Counted from the first letter of the stretch, positions 26,982 to 37,152 are shown. The stretch: 64,000 nucleotides of DNA from Bacteroidota bacterium (GCA_021767705.1 JAASSU010000001.1:7558-71557), one strand, 5' to 3'. Program-made: numbers and translations. The notes: a model not told the origin generated them from the sequence alone.

Positions 26982-28265
26982 ATGAACACACAATTAATTA
27001 AACTAAAAGGAACACCAAAACAAGGGCTTACAGGAACAACACTTGGATTTTTCTTTGGTTTTGCTGCCGTTTCACTGTATGGCCCCACCGCCATTAAATT
27101 TAAAGAAGCCATGGATCTGACACCGGCGATGTTGGGATGGCTGGTAGCTATACCATCCTTGTCCGGATCACTATTAAGAATCCCTTTTGGAGCCTGGGTA
27201 GATACTACCGGAGGGAAAAAACCCTTTTTTATATTAATGCTGCTTTCAGTTATTGGACTGGGGGGCATCACCCTTTTACTTAATACTTCTTATCCGCAAG
27301 GCATGGAAGGCACTTATGGGTTGATCCTGTTCTTTGGTTTCCTCAGTGGATGTGGTATAGCCACCTTTTCAGTGGGCATTGGGCAAACCTCGTATTGGTT
27401 TCCTCAAAAAAAGCAGGGCATGGCATTGGGAACCTATGCAGGACTTGGCAACCTTGCACCTGGATTATTCTCTCTGATATTACCTATTTACCTTGAGCAT
27501 TATGGTTTTATCTCCGCTTATTTTGCCTGGTTTTTATTCTTGCTTTTAGGCACTATTATTTTTGGATTTATTGGCTACAACGCTTATTATTTTCAATATA
27601 GAAAAGCCGGGTTAAGTGTAGAAGATTCAAAAGAGAATGCGAAAAAACAAGGTCAGGAAATTTTTCCCTCCGGAGGTGTTAAAGACAGCCTGTTAAATTC
27701 TGCCAAAATAAAAAATACCTGGGCATTAGTGGCACTATACTTCACCACTTTTGGCGGCTTTATTGCCTTAACAGCCTGGTTTCCTACATATTGGAGTGAA
27801 TACCAAGCATTCACACCCGTTAAGGCCGGAATTTTTACTGCTATTTTTTCTTTACTCGCATCCGGAATTCGTGTGCCGGGAGGGTCTATTGCGGATAAAT
27901 TTGGAGGCGAACGTGTAGCAATGTTAGCCATGATCCTGGTATTCATCTCATCTATCAGTATGTTTTTTGCCGAAGCCACCTCAGTTGGCCTGATATCAGC
28001 AATTATTCTGGCCGCCGGAATGGGGCTGAGTAACGCAGCTGTTTTCAAGCTGGTTCCTGTTTATGTTCCTAAAGCTATCGGGGGGGCTGCCGGATGGATT
28101 GGTGGACTGGGAGCCTTTGGTGGTTTCGCTATACCGCCCATTATGGGAGCAATCGCCAGTGCCTATGGCAAAGTAGGGTATGCTAAAGGATTTATTGTTT
28201 TTGCCCTGCTTTCACTTATTAACCTTGTTATCATTTATGTACTTATTAAACACAGAAAGAAATAG
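26982..28265 (+). CDS. narK: MFS nitrate/nitrite transporter
   Basis: 427 aa with 12 TM. NarK-type motifs (GFFFGFAAVSL, AGGLGAFGGF-like Gly-rich nitrate signature), located at the head of a narGHJI cluster. Confidence 0.85.
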   Translation: MNTQLIKLKGTPKQGLTGTTLGFFFGFAAVSLYGPTAIKFKEAMDLTPAMLGWLVAIPSLSGSLLRIPFGAWVDTTGGKKPFFILMLLSVIGLGGITLLLNTSYPQGMEGTYGLILFFGFLSGCGIATFSVGIGQTSYWFPQKKQGMALGTYAGLGNLAPGLFSLILPIYLEHYGFISAYFAWFLFLLLGTIIFGFIGYNAYYFQYRKAGLSVEDSKENAKKQGQEIFPSGGVKDSLLNSAKIKNTWALVALYFTTFGGFIALTAWFPTYWSEYQAFTPVKAGIFTAIFSLLASGIRVPGGSIADKFGGERVAMLAMILVFISSISMFFAEATSVGLISAIILAAGMGLSNAAVFKLVPVYVPKAIGGAAGWIGGLGAFGGFAIPPIMGAIASAYGKVGYAKGFIVFALLSLINLVIIYVLIKHRKK

Positions 28266-28271
28266 AATTTT

Positions 28272-29018
28272 ATGACTATTCAACCAGGCCATATCACTGA
28301 CACTAATAATGTTATCAGTTGTAAAACATGTCAAAATAAAGGATGCCTTATTAAGAAAGGGGTACCTGAGAAGCGGATACAAATTACTTCAGCTATGAAA
28401 AAGCTTTATACCGTGAAAAAAGGAGATAAATTATTCTCTTCCGGTCAACTCGTAGAGGGAGTCTTTTTTATTCAGGATGGCAAAATGAAGATTATATATA
28501 ATCACGATAATTCAAAACATTTGATAAGATTGGCCGGCAACGGAGACATTGTAGGACACCGGGGGATAAGCCAGCAAATGGTCTACCCAATTGATGCTGT
28601 TGCTCTTGTAAAAAGTGATGTGTGTTTTTTTCCTTTGGAATCCTTTTTCAAAATCCGATCAGAGAACAATGATTTTGACTTTCAAACAATGATGTTCTTT
28701 GCAGATGAACTAAAGCGATCTGAAGAAGAAGCGTATTTTTTAAGCAGAAAAAACGACCTTGAAAAGGTCGCCTATGGTTTGCTAAAATTCCTGAAAGCAT
28801 ATGGTGTCGATGATAATAATCAATTAAATTATTCTCCCGCTATCCAGGAATTGTCTGATATGTTAACCCTTGACAGGTATATCATTCAAAAAGAAATCTC
28901 TTTCTTGATCGAAAAAGGGATAATTGATTCTAAAAAGGGTAACTTTATTATCAAAAAATCAATGATACTGGAAGGAATTTCAGAAGATTCTGAACTAATT
29001 AAGCGTGTAAAGGAATAA
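28272..29018 (+). CDS. FNR-like Crp/Fnr-family regulator with an N-terminal Cys cluster
   Basis: Cysteines are C17-x2-C20-x4-C25 plus C118, next to a cNMP-type beta-roll and a C-terminal HTH. It lies between narK and narG. Confidence 0.75.
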   Translation: MTIQPGHITDTNNVISCKTCQNKGCLIKKGVPEKRIQITSAMKKLYTVKKGDKLFSSGQLVEGVFFIQDGKMKIIYNHDNSKHLIRLAGNGDIVGHRGISQQMVYPIDAVALVKSDVCFFPLESFFKIRSENNDFDFQTMMFFADELKRSEEEAYFLSRKNDLEKVAYGLLKFLKAYGVDDNNQLNYSPAIQELSDMLTLDRYIIQKEISFLIEKGIIDSKKGNFIIKKSMILEGISEDSELIKRVKE

Positions 29019-29022
29019 AACA

Positions 29023-32000
29023 ATGAATATGGGACTCCTCAATAAACTTCTCTATTTTAGCAATGATGTAAAAAAAACGTCAGACAAACACATCGTTACA
29101 ACAAATGAAAACCGCAACTGGGAAAGTTTTTATCGTGATCGCTGGCAACACGATAAAATAGTGCGTTCCACTCATGGGGTCAACTGCACTGGCTCCTGTT
29201 CATGGAAAATTTTTGTGAAAAACGGCCTGGTAACCTGGGAAATACAGCAGACGGACTATCCTGAGACCCGTCCAGATATGCCCAACCATGAGCCAAGAGG
29301 CTGTCCACGAGGAGCAAGCTATTCATGGTACCTATATAGTGCCAATCGTGTAAAGCACCCAATGATTAGAGCTACACTGGTAAAAGCTTATCGCGAAGCA
29401 CGGAAAAAAACCGGTGACCCGGTGGAAGCCTGGCAACAAGTTATGGAGGACCAGGAGGTTTCCAAAAAATATAAGGCTGAAAGAGGGTTAGGAGGTTTTA
29501 TCCGCATCGACTGGGACGAGGTCAATGAAATCATCGCAGCTTCCAACATCTACACCATCAAAAAATATGGCCCCGACCGCATTGCCGGCTTCACCCCCAT
29601 ACCGGCCATGTCAATGGTCAGCTATGCTTCAGGAACACGCTATCTCAGCCTGCTGGGAGGAACGGTGCTGAGTTTCTACGATTTTTATTGTGATCTTCCC
29701 CCGGCCTCACCCCAAACCTGGGGCGAACAAACCGACGTCCCGGAAAGCGCCGATTGGTACAATTCTTCTTTCCTGATGCTGTGGGGATCGAATGTGCCGC
29801 TGACCCGCACACCGGATGCCCCGTTTTACACCCAGGTGCGCTACAAAGGGACCAAAACCATTAACATTTCACCTGACTACAACGATGCCGCCAAATTCTC
29901 CGATTTATGGATGAAACCCAAACAAGGCACGGATGCAGCCCTGGGCATGGCCATGGGGCATGTCATCCTGAAAGAATACTTTCTGGACAAGAAAACAGCC
30001 TATTTTGACGATTACGTAAAACGATATAGCGATCTGCCTTTTTTAGTGAAGATAGAAAAGGACAACGGACGGTTTGTTCCCGGGCAGGTGGTTCGGGCCA
30101 ATGATTTTGCAAAGGATTTGGATGTTAAAACCAGTCCGGATTGGAAACCTGTCCTGTTCGATGAAAATTCGTCGGATTTCGCTGTGCCCAACGGAACCAT
30201 CGGTTCGAGGTGGGATAAAAGCCAGCAATGGAACCTGGAGCTGAAGGACGTCCGCAGCGGTAATGAAATCAGCCCAAAGCTCTCGCTGATTGATAATCAT
30301 GACGAAACTGCGGAGGTTGCCTTCCCCTATTTCGGCGGGGAAACTTACAAGCACAGTCATTTTAACTCTACGGAAGATGAAGATATCATCTATCGAAAAA
30401 TCCCTGTTAAAAAAGCCGAAGGTAAGGAAGGAGAGTTTTTTTACTGTACGGTTTTCGACTTGCTGGTGGCCAATTACGGGCTTGATCGCGGATTGGAAGA
30501 TGAGAGCGCGGCGCAAAGTTATGACGATGAAAAACCTTACACCCCGGCATGGCAGGAAAAAATTACCGGAGTACCACGCGATCAGGCCATAACTACTGCC
30601 CATCAGTTTGCCGATACGGCTGCAAAAACTAAAGGTAAGTCCATGATTATCATCGGAGCCGGAGTGAATCACTGGTTTCATACCGATATGATTTACCGGA
30701 GCGCTATCAACATGCTGGTTCTCTGCGGATGCGTCGGACAATCCGGTGGAGGCTGGGCGCATTATGTAGGGCAGGAAAAAGTGCGACCACAAACCGGCTG
30801 GCTGCCCCTGGCCTTTGCCCTCGACTGGAATCGCCCGCCCAGACAGATGAACACCACATCGTTCTTCTACATGCACACTGACCAATGGCGGTACGAAAAA
30901 GTGGGGCTTTCGGAACTCATCTCGCCGCTTGTAGATAAAAAAGAGTGGGAAAGCAAGTCGATGATCGATTGCAATGTAAAAGCCGAACGAATGGGCTGGC
31001 TGCCCTCTTCGCCTCAATTAAGCGAGAATCCGTTAAACCTTGCCAAAGAAGCGGAGAAAGAAGGAAAAGAACCATCGGTTTATATCACAGGAAAGCTGAA
31101 GAGTAGAGAGATCTCTATTGCCAGTGAAGATCCGGATAACCCAAAGAATTTTCCACGTAATCTTTTTGTCTGGCGATCCAACCTGCTAGGCTCCAGTGCT
31201 AAGGGCATGGAATATTTCATGCGGCACCTTGTCGGAACACAAAACAGTGTCATGGGGCCGGATTTAAAAGAAAGCGGAGAGCAAATCCCGCAGGAGGTAA
31301 AATGGCATGAGAAGGCGCCGGAAGGGAAATTGGACCTGCTGGTAACGCTCGATTTCCGTATGTCAACAACGGCCCTGCATTCTGATATTGTGCTTCCAGC
31401 GGCGTCCTGGTATGAGAAAAATGACTTGAGCACCTCGGATATGCACCCGTTTATCCACCCTTTTGCCAGCGCGGTGGATCCCGTTTGGGGCTCGCGTACC
31501 GACTGGGATATCTACAAAGGACTGGCTAAGAAATTTTCGGAAATAGTCCCCGGACATCTCGGTAAAGAGAAAGACATTGTGATGCTGCCCCTGCAGCATG
31601 ATTCACCCATGGAAATTTCCGAAACGGTCACGGCTGAAGACTGGAAGGAAACCGGCAAGGAGTTGAAGCCAGGCAAAAACATGTCGAAAATTGTTCCCGT
31701 AGAGCGGAACTACCCCGAGACCTACAACCGCTTCACGTCGCTGGGCCCTTTAATGGATAAGGCCGGCAACGGCGCCAAGGGAATCAGCTGGAATACGGAA
31801 GAGGAAGTGGAACTGCTTAAAAAACTTAATAAAACATCAGAAAATGATGGGGAATCTTATGGCAGGCCACGGATTGAAACCGATATAAATGCAGCAGAAG
31901 TAATTCTTTCACTGGCTCCCGAAACTAACGGACACGTAGCCAATAAAGCGTGGCAAGCACTGGAGCAATCAACGGGCCTCAAACACACCCATTTAGTGGA

Positions 32001-32772
32001 AGGCCGGGCTGAAGAAAAAATCCGCTATAAAGACCTGGTTTCTCAACCAAGGAAAATCATCACCTCCCCCATTTGGAGCGGTATTGATTCGGAAGAGGTC
32101 TCGTACAATGCCGGGTATACCAATGTGCATGAGTTGATCCCGTGGCGAACACTCACAGGACGCCAAACACTTTACCAGGATCACCCATGGATGCAAGCAT
32201 TTGGCGAAAGCATGGTGTGTTACAAACCACCAATCAATACCAAATCGATAAATCACATTCTGGATAAAGTGAATAAAGATGACAACTACTTGATAATAAA
32301 TATGATGACACCGCATAACAAATGGACAATCCACTCTTCTTGGTCAGATAACCTGATGATGCTAACGCTTGGACGGGGTGGCCCGGTGGTTTGGATGAGC
32401 GAGAGGGATGCTGCCAAAATTAATCTTCAAGACAATGATTGGGTAGAGGTCTTCAACAGCAACGGTGCTTCGGCAGCTCGTTTGATTGTTTCACAACGCA
32501 TCCCGGAAGGTGCACTGATAATGTACCACAACCAGGAACGAACGGTGAATATGCCCATCAACCAGGTGACTGGCAACCGCGGCGGCGTGCACAATTCGGT
32601 GGAACGCCTGAGCCTCAAACCCACCCATATGATTGGTGGGTATGCCCAACTGAGCTATGGATTCAATTATTACGGAACAATCGGTTCCAACAGGGATGAA
32701 TTCGTTGTGGTGCAAAAAATGGATAAAGTGGAATGGAAAGATGACCCCGTTGACGAACCTGAAAAAAAATAA
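29023..32772 (+). CDS. narG: Respiratory nitrate reductase alpha subunit (copy 1)
   Basis: 1249 aa. FS0 motif is [13 protein letters not shown]. The Mo-ligand region is YDFYCDLPPASPQTWGEQTDVPESADWYNS. No twin-arginine leader is present. Confidence 0.97.
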   Translation: MNMGLLNKLLYFSNDVKKTSDKHIVTTNENRNWESFYRDRWQHDKIVRSTHGVNCTGSCSWKIFVKNGLVTWEIQQTDYPETRPDMPNHEPRGCPRGASYSWYLYSANRVKHPMIRATLVKAYREARKKTGDPVEAWQQVMEDQEVSKKYKAERGLGGFIRIDWDEVNEIIAASNIYTIKKYGPDRIAGFTPIPAMSMVSYASGTRYLSLLGGTVLSFYDFYCDLPPASPQTWGEQTDVPESADWYNSSFLMLWGSNVPLTRTPDAPFYTQVRYKGTKTINISPDYNDAAKFSDLWMKPKQGTDAALGMAMGHVILKEYFLDKKTAYFDDYVKRYSDLPFLVKIEKDNGRFVPGQVVRANDFAKDLDVKTSPDWKPVLFDENSSDFAVPNGTIGSRWDKSQQWNLELKDVRSGNEISPKLSLIDNHDETAEVAFPYFGGETYKHSHFNSTEDEDIIYRKIPVKKAEGKEGEFFYCTVFDLLVANYGLDRGLEDESAAQSYDDEKPYTPAWQEKITGVPRDQAITTAHQFADTAAKTKGKSMIIIGAGVNHWFHTDMIYRSAINMLVLCGCVGQSGGGWAHYVGQEKVRPQTGWLPLAFALDWNRPPRQMNTTSFFYMHTDQWRYEKVGLSELISPLVDKKEWESKSMIDCNVKAERMGWLPSSPQLSENPLNLAKEAEKEGKEPSVYITGKLKSREISIASEDPDNPKNFPRNLFVWRSNLLGSSAKGMEYFMRHLVGTQNSVMGPDLKESGEQIPQEVKWHEKAPEGKLDLLVTLDFRMSTTALHSDIVLPAASWYEKNDLSTSDMHPFIHPFASAVDPVWGSRTDWDIYKGLAKKFSEIVPGHLGKEKDIVMLPLQHDSPMEISETVTAEDWKETGKELKPGKNMSKIVPVERNYPETYNRFTSLGPLMDKAGNGAKGISWNTEEEVELLKKLNKTSENDGESYGRPRIETDINAAEVILSLAPETNGHVANKAWQALEQSTGLKHTHLVEGRAEEKIRYKDLVSQPRKIITSPIWSGIDSEEVSYNAGYTNVHELIPWRTLTGRQTLYQDHPWMQAFGESMVCYKPPINTKSINHILDKVNKDDNYLIINMMTPHNKWTIHSSWSDNLMMLTLGRGGPVVWMSERDAAKINLQDNDWVEVFNSNGASAARLIVSQRIPEGALIMYHNQERTVNMPINQVTGNRGGVHNSVERLSLKPTHMIGGYAQLSYGFNYYGTIGSNRDEFVVVQKMDKVEWKDDPVDEPEKK

Positions 32773-32775
32773 GCT

Positions 32776-34260
32776 ATGCAAATACGCGCACAAATAGGAA
32801 TGGTCCTCAACCTCGATAAATGCATCGGGTGCCACACCTGCTCGGTGACCTGCAAGAATGTGTGGACTTCCCGAAAAGGCATGGAATATGCCTGGTTTAA
32901 CAATGTGGAGACCAAACCCGGCAGGGGTTATCCCGATGACTGGGAAAACCAGGAGCACTGGCAAGGTGGCTGGGGACTCAAGAAAAACGAACTCCGGCCA
33001 AAACTGGGGAATAAAAAAGGGGTAATGAAAAACATTTTTGCCAATCCCTACATGCCAAAGCTTAATGATTATTACGAACCGTTCACGTTCAACTACTCCA
33101 TTCTGCATAAAAGCTCGAAGTTTAAAACGCCGCCATCGGCAAAGCCTTATTCAATGATTACCGGAAAGCCTATGGAAAAAATTGAGAAAGGTCCGAATTG
33201 GGAGGACAACCTGGGTGGCAGCTACGACAAACGCAGCACCGAACAAAACTTTGAGGAAGTCCAGAAAGAGATTTACGGCAAGTTTGAAAACTCCTTCATG
33301 ATGTACCTTCCCCGTTTGTGTGAACACTGCATCAACCCCACCTGTGTTGCAGCTTGCCCCTCAGGTGCTATTTATAAGCGTGAGGAAGACGGCATTGTTC
33401 TGATAGACCAGGAACGTTGCCGCGGCTGGCGGCAATGCGTGAGCGCCTGTCCGTACAAGAAAATCTATTTTAACTGGAAAACCCGCAAATCGGAAAAATG
33501 CACGATGTGCTATCCGAAGATTGAAGCAGGTGAACCAACTATTTGCTCGGAATCTTGTGTGGGCAGGATTCGCTACATCGGCGTGATGCTTTATGATGCG
33601 GAAAAAATAAAAGAAGCGGCCTCAAAAGAAGACGAGCATGACCTCTACCAGGCCCACCTGGATGTTTTTCTCGATCCAAATGATCCTGAAATTGCCAAAG
33701 AAGCCGAAAAGCAGGGTATTCCTCATAACTTTATAGAAGCAGCGCAAGCTTCACCGGTCTACAAAATGGCCATGGAATGGAAAGTTGCTTTTCCTCTTCA
33801 TCCCGAATACCGCACCTTACCTATGGTTTGGTATGTTCCCAGTCTTTCACCCATTCAATCGGCTGCTGATAGTGGTAAGCTCGGGCATAACGGAATCCTC
33901 CCGGATGTGGATTCGCTGCGGATTCCGAATAAATACATGGCTAACATGTTTACAGCCGGGGATGAAGAACCCATAAAGCTTGCGCTGAAAAAAATGCTGG
34001 CCATGCGGGCCTACATGCGAACCAAAACCGTTGAACAGGAGGCCAATGAAGAAACCCTCAAAGGACTCGACCTAACCGTGAAACAAGTCGAAGAGATGTA
34101 CCGCTACATGGCCATTGGCGATTACAAAGACCGTTTTGTGATACCTACCTCGCATAAAGAATATGCGGAAGATGTATTCGGAGATAAAGCTGCATGTGGC
34201 TTTACCGACGGGGATGATTGCGGAACCGGTAAATTTAAAAACCTATTCGGAGGATTTTAG
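32776..34260 (+). CDS. narH: Respiratory nitrate reductase beta subunit (copy 1)
   Basis: Four Fe-S motifs: CIGCHTCSVTCK, CEHCINPTCVAACP, CRGWRQCVSACPY and CTMCYPKIEAGEPTICSESCVGRIRY. Confidence 0.97.
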   Translation: MQIRAQIGMVLNLDKCIGCHTCSVTCKNVWTSRKGMEYAWFNNVETKPGRGYPDDWENQEHWQGGWGLKKNELRPKLGNKKGVMKNIFANPYMPKLNDYYEPFTFNYSILHKSSKFKTPPSAKPYSMITGKPMEKIEKGPNWEDNLGGSYDKRSTEQNFEEVQKEIYGKFENSFMMYLPRLCEHCINPTCVAACPSGAIYKREEDGIVLIDQERCRGWRQCVSACPYKKIYFNWKTRKSEKCTMCYPKIEAGEPTICSESCVGRIRYIGVMLYDAEKIKEAASKEDEHDLYQAHLDVFLDPNDPEIAKEAEKQGIPHNFIEAAQASPVYKMAMEWKVAFPLHPEYRTLPMVWYVPSLSPIQSAADSGKLGHNGILPDVDSLRIPNKYMANMFTAGDEEPIKLALKKMLAMRAYMRTKTVEQEANEETLKGLDLTVKQVEEMYRYMAIGDYKDRFVIPTSHKEYAEDVFGDKAACGFTDGDDCGTGKFKNLFGGF

Positions 34261-34262
34261 TG

Positions 34263-34886
34263 ATGATAAAAACCTACAAAATATTATCCCTGCTACTCTC
34301 TTATCCGACCCGGGAACTTCATGAGTTTCTCGGAGAAGCCGGTGGTGAGCTCAGAGATGAAAACCTGTTGCCGGAGGAAGCCATTAAGGGAATCGAAAAG
34401 TTTGTCGAATATTTTTCCAGCCCTGAACTCACCGACTGGCAGGCCCATTACGTTCAGCTGTTCGATTATTCGAGGGCCGCTTCCCTGCACCTCTTCGAAC
34501 ATGTACAGGGCGATTCCAAAGACCGTGGACAAGCCATGGTGGACTTAATCAACTTTTACAGGGAGAACGGCTTGGATATCACCACCAACGAACTACCCGA
34601 TCATCTGCCGGTGTTCCTCGAATTTCTATCCACCCTTGAACCGGAAAAAGCCTCTGAATTGCTTTCCGAACCAATCAATGTGATCGCAAGGATATTCGAG
34701 AAACTGCATGAAAAAGACAACATGTATCAGCATGTACTTTCGGCCATTCTCCGGCTGTCGGCGAAACATCCGGAAAAAGAGACGGTCGATAAAATCATCC
34801 GGAGCCAGAAGCCTTTGAACCTGGACGAGGAGTATGAAGAAAAGCCGGTGACCTTCGGCGGGAACAATTGCTCAAGTTGTAACTAA
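34263..34886 (+). CDS. narJ: Nitrate reductase Mo-cofactor assembly chaperone (copy 1)
   Basis: NarJ position and size, with the motif ELPDHLPVFLEFLS. Confidence 0.85.
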   Translation: MIKTYKILSLLLSYPTRELHEFLGEAGGELRDENLLPEEAIKGIEKFVEYFSSPELTDWQAHYVQLFDYSRAASLHLFEHVQGDSKDRGQAMVDLINFYRENGLDITTNELPDHLPVFLEFLSTLEPEKASELLSEPINVIARIFEKLHEKDNMYQHVLSAILRLSAKHPEKETVDKIIRSQKPLNLDEEYEEKPVTFGGNNCSSCN

Positions 34887-34898
34887 AAAAATTGAACT

Positions 34899-35591
34899 AT
34901 GGAATATTTTATTAATAACCTGCTGTTCACCTATTTTCCGCACATCGCTATGGCGGTATTTTGGTTTGGTTTAATCACGAGGTTGGTGAAAACCAACAAG
35001 ACCATTCAGGCCCAGTCCACCCAGTTCTTTTCCGACCGGAAAATCCGGCTGGGCAGTAACCTGTTTCATGTGGGGATGATCATGGTTTTCCTGGGTCATT
35101 TCACCGGGTTGTTCACCCCCGAAAGTCTCTACCACATCGTCATCTCCACCGAAACGAAACGCATTATCGCGATTACTCTGGGTAGCATTTTCGGCACAAT
35201 GACCTTTGTGGGGATGATCATTCTGATTACCCGCAGGATCAAAGACGACCGGATACGCGTAAACAGCGGTTTCCAGGATTACTTCCTGCTCTTCCTTTTG
35301 CTGGCGGAAGTAGGGTTAGGATTAGCTTCCGTCTCAACCACCGCCACTGCATCGGTTGAGCATTACGCTTCCCTGGGTGTATGGGCACAGAAGGTAATTA
35401 CCTTCCAGCCCGATGCAGGTGCCATCATCGCCGGCCACAACCTGATTTACAAACTCCACATCGGAGTAGGCTTGTTCATATTCATCATCTTCCCCTACAC
35501 CAAGCTCATGCATATGCTTGTCATCCCTGTGGGGTATTTTTTCAGGTCGGGGTATCAATTGGTTAGAAAAGGATTACAGTGGAAATTTTAA
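34899..35591 (+). CDS. narI: Respiratory nitrate reductase gamma subunit (diheme b, copy 1)
   Basis: 230 aa with 5 TM and conserved His-containing helices (FHVGMIMVFLGH, KLHIGV..., MHMLVIP). Confidence 0.9.
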   Translation: MEYFINNLLFTYFPHIAMAVFWFGLITRLVKTNKTIQAQSTQFFSDRKIRLGSNLFHVGMIMVFLGHFTGLFTPESLYHIVISTETKRIIAITLGSIFGTMTFVGMIILITRRIKDDRIRVNSGFQDYFLLFLLLAEVGLGLASVSTTATASVEHYASLGVWAQKVITFQPDAGAIIAGHNLIYKLHIGVGLFIFIIFPYTKLMHMLVIPVGYFFRSGYQLVRKGLQWKF

Positions 35592-35602
35592 AAAATAGAG
35601 TT

Positions 35603-36574
35603 ATGTTGGAAACAAATTATCTGGGTTTAAAATTAAAAAATCCTTTAGTAGCAGGAAGCAGCGGACTGACGGCAACCATTTCTCAATTGCGTGATCTTGA
35701 GAAGCAAGGATTGGCTGCTGTGGTACTCAAATCTCTATTTGAGGAGGATATCTACACCGATTTCAACAATGAGATAGCTAACAGTACACGCTCCGACGAA
35801 GAATTAGATACCTTAGATATAAAAATCAAACATCAACACCTTGACGAATACTCCAAACTGATCAGGGAGGCAAAAGCCGCCCTTAAAATCCCAGTGATTG
35901 CCAGCATCAATTGCACCTCAACACATGAGTGGGCTTATTTTGCTTCAATGATAGAAAAAGCGGGAGCGGATGCTCTGGAGCTGAATATCTATGAAATACC
36001 ATTTCACCAAACAAGCGCATCCGAATCTGAGCAACGGCATATTCATTTGGTTAGGCAAATTATAGATGCTTTAAATATTCCTGTGGCAGTGAAAATAAGT
36101 CCATACCATACTTCAACAGCCAATTTTTGCCGGGCTCTTGAGCAGGCCGGGGCATCGGGGATTACACTTTTTAACAGGTTTCTGAGTCCTGATTTTGATC
36201 CACAGACTTTCAGCTTTAAAGAAAAAAATAAATACAGTCATCCTGAAGAATATTATCATACCTTAAGATGGACAGCACTTTTGGGTCAAGAGTCAGAAGT
36301 TTCATTGTGTGCTTCTTGTGGGATTCATGAAACAGATACAATATTAAAAATGATAGCTGCCGGTGCCTCTGCTTGTCAGTTGGTTAGTGTCTTGTACAAA
36401 AATGGCATCGGCATTACAGGAAGAATATTAGAGGAGATGCAGAATTTCCTGCACAGCAATGGTTATAGTTCTTTAAGAGAATATCAAACAGCGGCTAAAA
36501 AACATTTGAAACTAGAATATTTTTTACGATCACAATTTGTACGATTAAAGAATCTAGAAGAATCACTAAAATAA
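35603..36574 (+). CDS. Dihydroorotate-dehydrogenase-like FMN TIM-barrel protein lacking the canonical catalytic loop
   Basis: Class-1 PyrD-like N-terminus is LKLKNPLVAGSSG. Where DHODs carry ELN(L/V)SCPN, this protein has ELNIYEIPFH. ATG 35603 is preferred over the GTG at 35579, which overlaps narI. Confidence 0.65.
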   Translation: MLETNYLGLKLKNPLVAGSSGLTATISQLRDLEKQGLAAVVLKSLFEEDIYTDFNNEIANSTRSDEELDTLDIKIKHQHLDEYSKLIREAKAALKIPVIASINCTSTHEWAYFASMIEKAGADALELNIYEIPFHQTSASESEQRHIHLVRQIIDALNIPVAVKISPYHTSTANFCRALEQAGASGITLFNRFLSPDFDPQTFSFKEKNKYSHPEEYYHTLRWTALLGQESEVSLCASCGIHETDTILKMIAAGASACQLVSVLYKNGIGITGRILEEMQNFLHSNGYSSLREYQTAAKKHLKLEYFLRSQFVRLKNLEESLK

Positions 36575-37066
36575 TGATTTATTTGTCACTGCCGCCCTTT
36601 CAACGCTACTTTTCTTCATGCAATTGTATCTGAAAAACCCAAAATCTGGCAGGATAATATCCTAATCGGGTGACTGATTTAACTGGGGATTTATAATCGG
36701 AACCTAAGTGTTATTATTTAATAGAATCGATGAACAATATCCACTATGGGATAATGGTTTAGTTTCATCGCTGGTCTTGCACGGCTCGTTCCTGTGCCTC
36801 TACCATTTTTCGCTGGAAGGAGTTTTCGGTAAGTTGAAAAACAATCAATCGCCTCATTTTATACCTTACTTCCTATATAACCTATTTTTTAACTTTGAGT
36901 ATTTTATCCGGCATTTGCGGCCAGAATCAGGCTTAACTATGTAGACACTAACATACATCCTCCACCATTACTCCTGACATTTATACGGTGCATCGTTTGT
37001 TTAAATAAGAAATCCGGTTTAACTTTTTTTTAACAACAAAATCCAGCATAACCTCACCGTATATGT

Positions 37067-37074
37067 TAACTTTG
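37067..37074 (+). promoter_or_regulatory. -7 box TAnnTTTG upstream of the T9SS-cargo gene
   Basis: TAACTTTG lies 79 nt before the ATG at 37153. Confidence 0.3.
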
Positions 37075-37152
37075 TGTCATAGGTATTTAAGTACTAAATT
37101 ACATTATATAAAAACAAAATCTACAAATTAATCAATCATAGAAGACTTTATT

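Noticed and set aside
30043-31017. 324-aa ORF antisense to narG copy 1
   Set aside because: It lies entirely inside a high-confidence NarG coding region on the opposite strand. Its composition is Arg/Gly/Phe-rich, typical of shadow ORFs, and no motif is present.
32491-33108. 205-aa ORF antisense to the narG/narH junction
   Set aside because: It is a shadow ORF opposite two well-supported genes.
36708-36944. 78-aa ORF in the nar1/T9SS gap
   Set aside because: It has no start context, an odd composition, no motif and no neighbours on the same strand within coupling distance.
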